A DNA stretch of 64,000 bases from Trypanosoma brucei. Its lineage: Eukaryota. Position 1 is the first letter of the stretch. Every line of letters begins with the position of its first letter. The DNA lies in assembly GCA_000002445.1 (NCBI GenBank), contig CP000071.1:256001-320000 (forward strand), read 5' to 3'. The notes under the pieces were generated by a model that did no database searches, was not told the DNA's origin, and saw only the letters and a program-made list of their open reading frames with translations. A program made the position numbers and the translations under genes. Below, one piece after another: positions 55,464-64,000 of this stretch.

Positions 55464-57272
55464 CTACGCTCCACCGCAGAAACGCCTCACAATTTCCTCC
55501 ACGTCGTTGGCAAGCTTAGAGGATACAGCGTGAGTTGCGGCCTCTGCATACACACGCACAATAGGCTCAGTGCCACTGGGACGCGCAAACGCCCTTGCAA
55601 CCGTTGCAGATGAGGGAGTTGCTTCATTGGCAGCCGCAACCGCGGCGTCAATGGCCTCCTGCAACCCTGGTGGAGTTAGGGCCCGTCTTTCATCTTGTGT
55701 GTTTGTTATCACTTTGGGATTCTTCACTTTCACTTTAAGCTGAGTCGATGGGATGTCAGTGTACAAACGGAGCCACGAGTCGAAGCTCATTTTGTGAGCC
55801 AACAGTATCAATTCGCAAGCAAAGACGTTGGCAATCGCATCCCCGCAAACTTGAGAAATGAGCCTTGGGAGCAGTGAAAGCACGTGTCGTGTTTTCGATG
55901 GAAGGGAGGGGACCTTCGCGTCAATCGCATCCCCATTAAGAAGAATAGTACCGTGGCCGTTGGATTCAAAGTACGCACCAATGTCGCATTTATGTGCTAT
56001 CGGATGTAGGTTTTTCACTCCAGTTTGGGATGAATATGTCCGCAGCCCAAGCCCACGTTGGATGTAGTCTGTCGATGCGCCGTTGGCGTACGCCGTTTGT
56101 ACCACTCCAACGTCCAACAACTTCAGTGCCTCACCACCAATCCACTCACGGACGGAAAGCGCGTAAAGAATGGAAATACGGTCCCCGTCTAGTAGACGCC
56201 AAACATCCTCGCCAGTTTCCCTGTCGTGAAAAAAAGCCACAACACGGTCGGCATCCCCATCGAGGGAGTAGTAATGCACCTCCTCATTCTTATCTGATCT
56301 TCGTTTTTCATAAGCCGCAGCCCATTCCTTCGTATCGTTCGAAGGGTATTGTGCCTTCTGAGTGTAGTCAGCACCACACATGTAGTTGAGGGCGTTGATA
56401 TCGTCGACGTTATCATGTAGAACAGTCACGTCAAAGAACTCCTCGAAGACACCTGAGGTCACCTCCTGAGCACATTTGAGAAGTGACTTGAGGGCAACAG
56501 CACCAACGCCACTGGCGGCGTCGATCACAATCTTTTGCCGTTGCCGCGGATTTGTACCCCCATTTCCCTCCGTCACAAACCGCAGCAACTCCCCTAATGA
56601 ACCAAAAACCTCTTTTGCGTATAGCGCCGAGGTGAAGTCAGCGGGTTTCATTGCTCCAGGCCCCGTAAGTTGCTCCCTGTTTGCTCGTCCAACCAAATAG
56701 TGCAACTGAGGAGTAGTAAGCACACCATGATCAGCATAGGTCACACCGATCGCCTGTAAAGAGGAAAATATGGCGCTCAAAATGTCCACACCTGTTGGGC
56801 GTGTATCCCTCGATAGGTGAACCGCACCAAACGGGCAGCGAATCTTCACATCCTCCGGTTTTGGTTGTTCAAGGCCGTGCAAATTGATACAATCATTCAA
56901 AACTTTCAAAAGTTCCTCACCTGTGGAGGCGTTGGCCGCCTGAGTGCATGTGGTCTCCCATGAAGTCTCCAGCATGCCACCATCCACATCAATCAGCTTA
57001 AGACCATTGTCCCCACAAGGGTTATGAGACGCCGTGACCATGCAGCCAACCGAGCAACCGTTCAACCCGCCAAAATTCCCTTTTTTGATGGCCCACCACA
57101 CTCGAAGGACCGCAACATAAACAACACGAGAGGCCACTGGGGGCAATAACGTGCCAATTGTACGGAACCCCGATGTGCCGTATGGCATGGGGTCCACGCG
57201 AGCATCGTGCAGCAGCGGGTACTTCGCAACCGCGGCACAAATCGCATCCGCAACCGCAGCCTGCAGCACCAT
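55464..57272 (-). CDS. PAGM: Phospho-N-acetylglucosamine mutase (AGM1-type alpha-D-phosphohexomutase), 602 aa
   Basis: Active-site TASHNP (phospho-Ser loop), metal-binding SLDGDADR, phosphate-binding RPSGTEP, and an AGM1-like N-terminus YGTSGFRT. The ~600-aa length is typical of AGM1/PAGM rather than PGM/PMM. It starts at an ATG. Confidence 0.88.
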   Translation of the reverse strand: MVLQAAVADAICAAVAKYPLLHDARVDPMPYGTSGFRTIGTLLPPVASRVVYVAVLRVWWAIKKGNFGGLNGCSVGCMVTASHNPCGDNGLKLIDVDGGMLETSWETTCTQAANASTGEELLKVLNDCINLHGLEQPKPEDVKIRCPFGAVHLSRDTRPTGVDILSAIFSSLQAIGVTYADHGVLTTPQLHYLVGRANREQLTGPGAMKPADFTSALYAKEVFGSLGELLRFVTEGNGGTNPRQRQKIVIDAASGVGAVALKSLLKCAQEVTSGVFEEFFDVTVLHDNVDDINALNYMCGADYTQKAQYPSNDTKEWAAAYEKRRSDKNEEVHYYSLDGDADRVVAFFHDRETGEDVWRLLDGDRISILYALSVREWIGGEALKLLDVGVVQTAYANGASTDYIQRGLGLRTYSSQTGVKNLHPIAHKCDIGAYFESNGHGTILLNGDAIDAKVPSLPSKTRHVLSLLPRLISQVCGDAIANVFACELILLAHKMSFDSWLRLYTDIPSTQLKVKVKNPKVITNTQDERRALTPPGLQEAIDAAVAAANEATPSSATVARAFARPSGTEPIVRVYAEAATHAVSSKLANDVEEIVRRFCGGA

Positions 57273-57314
57273 ACTCTCCGTTTTAACTTACTGAGTATAT
57301 AAACGATATATACG

Positions 57315-57355
<41 letters not shown>

Positions 57356-57816
57356 CTCGTGTTGCTTCCTTCCTTCTGCCTCTTGTTCCTTCTTCAAATG
57401 GTATTGCTGTTTTTACTTCCCCTTTTCTACTGCGATATATGGGCACCAACTAACGTGAGGGATCAGTTTTGAATTAAACACAATAAACACACGTGTACAC
57501 TTCAAAAAAATATATACATATATATATATATATTTTTTTTTTTAAACCATTGTTTAGAAGAAAAAAATGAGAAGAGATCGAAAAGGCATTTAAATACATG
57601 TGTACGCACAGGCAAATACGAACTTTGTCATCAGGGCAACAGAAGAGAAAAGCATTTAGATATTTATAGAGGTACATATGCATGTGTAGATGTGCATATA
57701 TCAGGCAGAACAGCCAGAACAACAAAAACAAAAACAAAGCTAGAAAAAACAAAAAGGGATCCTGAGAGCTGAGCTAATAGAGGAAAAGAGAATAGAAGAG
57801 AATGGCATGCACAGAC

Positions 57817-57852
<36 letters not shown>

Positions 57853-60800
57853 TCAACTTTTCGCACAGGCACATTGCAAAGAAGAAAACAGTTAACCTTC
57901 CTTTAGGAGCAGACAAGAACGCAACACAAGGAAGAGATGGATTCAGAAGCAAGGCACCGAACGTGGAACAGTTTAAGAAAGGGAGAGAACATAGAAGGAT
58001 GTGGAGAAGGTAAGAAACGGGGATCTTCCAGAAAATTAGGATAGAGAGGAAGAAGAACACCTACAGAGAACCATACAGTGAGGAGAACAACAACAACAAC
58101 AGCAGCAGCAGAAGCGGAAGCAGCAGCAGCACCCGGAGCAGAGTCAGAAGAAACAGAAATAAGCCTTGAATGGTGTAAGGGAATGATGAATAGAAAGTTG
58201 TTTGTGTGCTGTGGTGGGTGGGTGGAGGAATCGATAACAACGTGATGTCGCTTCTTATCCAAATCCCATCTCCCTTTTTGCACTCATCCCCTTCTTATTT
58301 TTTTTTCCATCGCCCTTTCTTTTTTTGTTGTTGTTTTTGTTTTTGTCGTTTTGTTTTTTCCCCCCTCCCACGTGAAGGACAGCTGCCGAACCAGAAAATA
58401 CGGGACCGATAGAGGCAAGAACACAAGATCAGATGCACTTTGAATGGGTACGCAGGTAATAGTAAAAAGGACCAAAGGGGAGGGAAAAGGGGGGAAGAGG
58501 AGGAAAGAGGGGGCGAAGAGCAAAGCACACGCAGATGCAGATGCAAATGCATACAAATGAACGGGGCCAGTGAGCAATTTCCATACTTTGTTTATTCGTC
58601 AAGACAAAATAAAAAATAAAAGAAAAACAGAACTGCACAGAGGTTCGAAATCAGACTAAAATGGTGGGATTGAGGTGTAGACAAACTGCAAACTGACAGC
58701 AAATGCAAAAGCTCCGCTCTCTCACTCTTCTTACCTTCTTTCCCTTAACCTCTCCTCCCCACCCCATCCACCCTTTTCTGGAGATGAACCGCGGGACTGT
58801 TTCTATTCTTCGGTGAAACGCATGGCAAAGACATAACGAAATTCTTCTTTAGTTCTTACTTTTTTCTCTCTCTCTTTTCCTTTCGAACCTTATGCGCCCT
58901 TTTTCTTCCTTGAGGGGTTCGCACCTGCCTACTTCTCGTAGCAGTGTTGTTTTTTTTTTTCCCAACCACTACGATTTGCACCAAAGGTCCCCTGCGACGC
59001 TTTAGTACGGCGGGTGGTTAACGAACATTTTCCTCGCTCTGAGTTCCCCTCATGTTGGTTGATTGGCTGGTTGGTTTTGTTGTGTTGTTGTTGTTGTTTT
59101 CGGTTTTTCGTCTGTTTTGTTTTCTCTTCTTATTAGTAAATAAAATGTATGCAGTACAGAAAATGGAGGCAAGTTGGGGGAAAGTAGGTGTCACCCAGTA
59201 TGTATGTATGTATGTTGTTTTTTTTAAAAAGAAAAAGTGGCTCTCGCACAGCTTCCCTCACTATTGATGGCACCATATTTAGGTTGTTGCACGCACTCAA
59301 CAGCACTTTGTTGTTTTCATTATTTTATTGCTTATCCAATCACTCTGATTTACTTCCTACATATTTATTACACACTTCGCTCACCGTTATTATCCATACA
59401 TTTATGTATAGGTCTATTTTTATTTATTTGATACCTTTCTCCACCAACTGCATCCTCTTTGTTTCACAATTCTCTTTCTCTCTTTTCTCACCCTCTGTAT
59501 CCTTTACCATCTTATATTTCCTCTATTCTTCTATTTTCTCTTTCACAGTGTGTGTTTGATTAAAGTTTTGCTGCTTTTTCCCTTTTTTTTCGTTTTCGAA
59601 GTTACCGTTTTGTTTTCCTTTGTCCTTTTTTCCCCCCTTTATTCTTCGTCACTTCTCTCATATTTTTACCACTTTCTGAAATATGAAAATGAGATGATTT
59701 CACGTCTTCTTACCCTTCACTTCTCTCCTCCTCTCCTTGCATCCTTCCAAACCCCAACGCCAACAGACACTTCGCTTCCCTTTCCACAATTGTCTCTGCT
59801 TTAATTCTTTCCTTCATCATATTCCCCACTTTCCAGATATGTATGAAGGAAGGAAGCAATTGCATGTGATTGCGTACTTGAGATAAGCAGCAGCGGCATG
59901 GGGGGAAGGGGAAATTTTTTTTAAAAAAACAAGGAGGAAGGGAGGAGAGAAGAGAAGAGAAAATAATCATAAACAAAGGACGGAAAAACACGGGAAATAT
60001 GGCGGCACACACACACGCACGCACACACGCTACACCGGTGATAGGAAAATGTGTCCGAACTCACACAAGTAGCATGGACTGATGGGAAAGAATGAAAGAA
60101 TGAAAGAATGAAAGAAAGAGAAAAAGAGAGGCGACGGGGGTGGGGCGTACCAATGAGCTGAAAAGATTTTGAAAAAAAAAAGGGGGAAGGGAATCCGGAG
60201 GAGGAGACGGGGACGGGGACAACAAAACATCAAAGAGTAAAACTTAGTTTTTTTCCCCCTTTCTGAAGGTCAAAAATAAAAAGCATTATGGAGGAGAAAC
60301 ATTTTTTTTAAATGCCTAAAACTTATGGGAGGGTAAAGAAGGAACCAGAAACTAAAGAAAAATGGGGCATTCTGCTTTTTCTGAGTTAACAAAGATCGCC
60401 CCAAAGAAAAATCATAAAAAAGTCTTTTTTTTTCTTATTATTCGCCTTAAAGGTGGGTGTGCAAGCGTAGACACACTGGCCAAACGTGGCGCAGGCACAT
60501 CGTTGCGTCAACACACATTTTTTTTTGGTGGCAATAAGAACTCGCAGGCATTTCAATAGTTAAAAAAAGAAAAAAGAGAGACACGCGCATAGTTTCGAAA
60601 GAAAAGAACTTATTCCCTCCATCCACTCCCCCTCCCCCTCTTCTTCTTCTTCCTCTTCTACCGCTCACTTAACGCCAGACTTCCTCCCTTCGTTTTACGC
60701 CTTAAGATCCATTCCACCCACATCCCCATAATAATCCATTTGTCCATTCAAATGGTAGAAATGGCAGCCATCCAGGAACTTAGAAAATGCCCTCATGTCG

Positions 60801-60911
60801 GCTTACTCACCAATAACGAACAAGAGATAGTTTGAAATGAAATGGACAGTGACCACAGATGAATCTTAACCATCAACTTTGTCATCCACTTTACCTACAG
60901 ACCGATTGGAA

Positions 60912-61868
60912 CTATGAATTGTGACGCATCACGGAATCATAGTTTGGAGGTGCCGGTTGTGGTAACGGTGGAGGTATTGAGTGGTGACTACCGCTGCTTT
61001 TGGGATGTCTTCCCCCTCCTCCTCCTCCTGATCTCACTGGTTGGCTGCGAGAATGTTGGGGCACCATCACCGTACCTCCTGGAAGGCCCTGAGGGATTGG
61101 AACAGAGTGAGGCGCAGGCCCCACCTGAGCAATGGATGGTGAAGGAATAATACTAAGGCCACCAACACGGCTCTGGTCCAGTTTGGCGCAAAACGTACGA
61201 GGGTCATTCGAAAACTCAGGAGGGCATAACGACAAGGGAATACACAAATACGTCTCACTCGCGGATGCTGCTGGTGCGTCTCTGCTGGGTGCTGGAGCTG
61301 CTAACTCAAATGTAGTTGCCTGAATCTGAGGAGGTTGTACAAATGCCTCGGACGGCAATGGCGGGAGACGCGAAGCAACCGCTCCAAAAGCGGGAAGGCG
61401 TGAACCTTCCACGTGGCGGTCGTAAAGACGCGGGCGACGGACACCGTCACGTGGATCACCAGTGGACAAAGAGGAGTTTCTCGAAGAAACAGAAGATGAA
61501 TCAGAAAGCGAGCGCTCGCGGCGACGGCCGGGGATGGAAGAGCCACCACCTGGGACCCTTCTGACTCTGTCTGTCCTAACATTTGCCAACGCCGGCTCTA
61601 CAGTGAGTTTAACACCCTTCAGATAGTGAGGCTCTGGCCGTTGGACACCGGTCGGTGGTGAGTTGAATACCACCCATCCGAAACCGCGAGAGTTTCCACT
61701 GGGATCTCGCTTTAGAATGAAGGTCATCACATCACCAAAGTTAGAGAAGTATTCCTCCACATCCTGAGGGGTTATTTGTCTGTGAAGTCCACCAATGAAA
61801 AAACGAGTACATTTTTCGGCGCTGATGGCCTCCTCCTCGAGTGGAACAGTTGGATCACCCGTGCTCAT
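60912..61868 (-). CDS. RBP33: Single-RRM RNA-binding protein with a low-complexity Pro/Ser/Gly-rich C-terminus (318 aa); position suggests T. brucei RBP33
   Basis: RNP2 RFFIGGL and RNP1 RGFGWVVF. ATG start and TAG stop confirmed. The RBP33 assignment comes from recalled synteny with PAGM and is unverified. Confidence 0.7.
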   Translation of the reverse strand: MSTGDPTVPLEEEAISAEKCTRFFIGGLHRQITPQDVEEYFSNFGDVMTFILKRDPSGNSRGFGWVVFNSPPTGVQRPEPHYLKGVKLTVEPALANVRTDRVRRVPGGGSSIPGRRRERSLSDSSSVSSRNSSLSTGDPRDGVRRPRLYDRHVEGSRLPAFGAVASRLPPLPSEAFVQPPQIQATTFELAAPAPSRDAPAASASETYLCIPLSLCPPEFSNDPRTFCAKLDQSRVGGLSIIPSPSIAQVGPAPHSVPIPQGLPGGTVMVPQHSRSQPVRSGGGGGGRHPKSSGSHHSIPPPLPQPAPPNYDSVMRHNS

Positions 61869-63328
61869 CCTCTTCTGCGTCTTCTGGCTACAAATAAATG
61901 GGAAGATCTGTTACTTGCTTCCTCCTCACTAGCGATCCGTTCCGTGTGCTTTGTTCTACTCACCTGAACACTACCACTTCAGCAACTGGTATGTTGTTAT
62001 AGTGTGTGTGACGCGGCTCTCGAGGGATATTTAGGGCGAATCGCTGGCGACTTGCGGGAGTTCTCTCACTTTCCGTGTCCTATATTTTATATTTAGCTTT
62101 TTGTCGTTGAAGTTGTTGTTGCACACGAACACAACCGTGAGGAAACCGACAGCACCTTAAAAACACCCAACCTGAGGTTTTTTTTTCGTTGTATTTCCTG
62201 CGTGATGCCGGTAAGTTTGTTCTGACCTTCTCCAATGCGCAATGCTTTTTCTTCCTTGAAGTTACGTAGCCAACACGTAAAGATATTTTTCTTGACTTCA
62301 ATCGCGTCCTCACTTCCTTCGTTGTTTCTTTTGCTTGAAACTGCCGCAATGGGTGAAAATAGAAGAGAATTTGCGTTGTGTGTCAGTGAGTTCCTCCAAA
62401 AGCAGTTTGGCGATTACTGCACTGTTGTAAAGATGTAAAAGAGGGCTTGACGACAAAGAAGACAGTCACAAAAACACGACTGTTCACCTAAAACAATATT
62501 AAAATAGATAAATAAAAACATATGTGAATATATGTACGTGTACGAAAGGGGGATGTTAGAGAGAAGGGGGCTCCTCAGCCGACTGCCCATTAGGTTTCAA
62601 CAGCAACTTCACATAATAAAACGGGAAATGAGTGACAAGATTTTTTTTAAATGAAAAAAAGTCAAATACAGAAGAAGTCAAAATAAAAGGCATAGCTTGC
62701 GGAACCTCCAAAAGCACACCGTTGTGCCTGCCACAATAAGCGATAAGGGACAAAAAAAAACATGTACGCAAGTTGCACCAAGACAACACACCACAGACTC
62801 CAAACACTGAAGCTGAAGCGTGCTCGAAATGGCTCTGTTAGCGTACATAAAGGCAGTATGGCAGGCATCGCTGCCCGTCCTGAGAGACACTTCCGCACGG
62901 CTACAGCGGGCCTTGTCTGTTACTGATTACGCTCACTTTTTCCCCCTCTATGAAAGTGCTCTGTTACTTTTTTTTTTCTTCCTCCCACACACATTCTCTC
63001 CCTCCTGGCGGGTGGATCACCCACTTTTCAGCCCAAGTCACCTCGAACCCCGAAAGCCGCCCTGCGAGGAAACAGGGGAAAAGGTTTGAAAATGGCGGAG
63101 GTGTCGAGATAAACTGGGGCGCAACACCTCTGCCCAGTGAAGTCGTACGACTACATGGGAGACGGAACGGGAGGGAGGCCAAGCAAGAAGAATAATCCGC
63201 CAACGGTAACCCTGTCTGTGGTTCGAGGGTGCGCAGCAGCAGAAAAAGAATAAATCAACCAATCGATACAACCATGAGAGAAGCAAATGGATAACTCACA
63301 CACCAAAAAGAAAACAATAGACGCCGTC

Positions 63329-64000
63329 CTACCGTCTCCCACGGTTTGGTTGCTGTGAGTTAACACACGACCGTATCTTCTCATCTTCCTCCATCATCTC
63401 TAAAGCTATAGCACGCCCAGCGCTTACGTCACCGCTGGTAAAACTGAAAGCAGTGCCACTGCCGAACTGGACCTTAGCCTCTGAAAAACTACCACAATCA
63501 CTTCCCTCTGCATCTGCCTCCTCCTCAAAACTGTGGTCGCACTTCCCATTCGAGGCACCACCAGCGTAACTACTGCCATTGGGTTGAATGTCCCTCACTC
63601 CCGTGTGGAATCGCTTCATAGCAATAGGATGACAAAACAAAACACCCATCGCAGATGAATTTAAGTGGTGTTCTCGCGCCCTTTCACTCGCTCGTTTCTT
63701 TAGGGGTCGTCGCTCACACACGTATCGGCGTGCCCACATTTCGTCTGTCTCATCATTACTGTCCTCCGGATTAGACACCACAGGTGACACGGTTAGGCTG
63801 CGGCATGGGCCCCATCCCACATCCAAGAAAAAATCTTCCTCCATTGCATCTATCTTTAGTCGGCCACAACATTCAGCAGGAGTTTCATCCGCAGCACCCG
63901 AGAAATCAGCATCGTTGGAAATCATGGGAGAACCCGCTGTGAAATTCTTTGAAGCGGCAGTAACTACTCTTGTTGGTGACGCTATCTGTTGCCCCACCCA
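63329..64000 (-). CDS. Hypothetical acidic protein, 3' portion only; the ORF runs off the window edge
   Basis: The ORF is open to the last base of the window. The track M is a GTG artefact at the edge. Composition is non-repetitive and D/E/S-rich. Confidence 0.4.
   Translation of the reverse strand, partial: WVGQQIASPTRVVTAASKNFTAGSPMISNDADFSGAADETPAECCGRLKIDAMEEDFFLDVGWGPCRSLTVSPVVSNPEDSNDETDEMWARRYVCERRPLKKRASERAREHHLNSSAMGVLFCHPIAMKRFHTGVRDIQPNGSSYAGGASNGKCDHSFEEEADAEGSDCGSFSEAKVQFGSGTAFSFTSGDVSAGRAIALEMMEEDEKIRSCVNSQQPNRGRR

Noticed and set aside
57062-57397. 111-aa ORF overlapping the PAGM start and a (TA)n tract
   Set aside because: It reads through a (TA)17 microsatellite as IYIYIY and overlaps a strongly supported enzyme CDS.
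1-64000. Telomeric TTAGGG arrays, spliced-leader or 5S RNA genes, rRNA
   Set aside because: There is only a single isolated TTAGGG hexamer and no tandem telomeric repeats. Nothing resembling rRNA or SL RNA gene sequence was found.

Overview
The window reads as nuclear DNA from a kinetoplastid, most likely Trypanosoma brucei. There are no introns, the intergenic regions are very AT-rich with (TA)n, (CA)n, (GA)n, poly-A/T and polypyrimidine tracts, and every convincing gene lies on the minus strand, as expected for one polycistronic transcription unit. I cannot run searches, so the species call and gene names rest on memory of gene order. The order seen is Ser/Thr kinase, low-complexity protein, RAB1A, the two-RRM SR protein TSR1, Q-rich protein, E2 enzyme, surface-gene array, phospho-N-acetylglucosamine mutase (PAGM), RBP33-like RRM protein. 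This matches what I recall of chromosome 8 (Tb927.8.870 to 8.1000) and must be confirmed by BLAST. The ORF track uses TTG/GTG as starts in many cases, so I trimmed each CDS to its first in-frame ATG. The standout feature is a perfect head-to-tail duplication of 10,427 to 10,428 bp (30978..51832) whose two copies are about 99.9% identical. Each unit encodes (a) a 470-aa alanine/lysine-rich, predicted all-helical protein with an N-terminal signal peptide and a C-terminal hydrophobic GPI-type tail, and (b) a 2,194-aa type I membrane glycoprotein. The large protein has a cysteine-rich ectodomain built from about 18 modules of roughly 90 aa, each carrying an Ig-like Y-x-C motif, then one TM helix and a cytoplasmic tail of about 340 aa. 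Immediately upstream in transcription order (51950..53329) sits a third, mosaic paralog of the small gene. It shares about 505 bp at its 5' end (flank plus the first 73 codons) and about 131 bp at its 3' end (the last 3 codons plus flank) with the array copies, but about 385 internal codons have diverged. Also notable is a 12.5-kb ORF-free, repeat-rich tract (15263..27742) inside the unidirectional gene cluster. I found no tRNA, rRNA, CRISPR or telomeric repeat.
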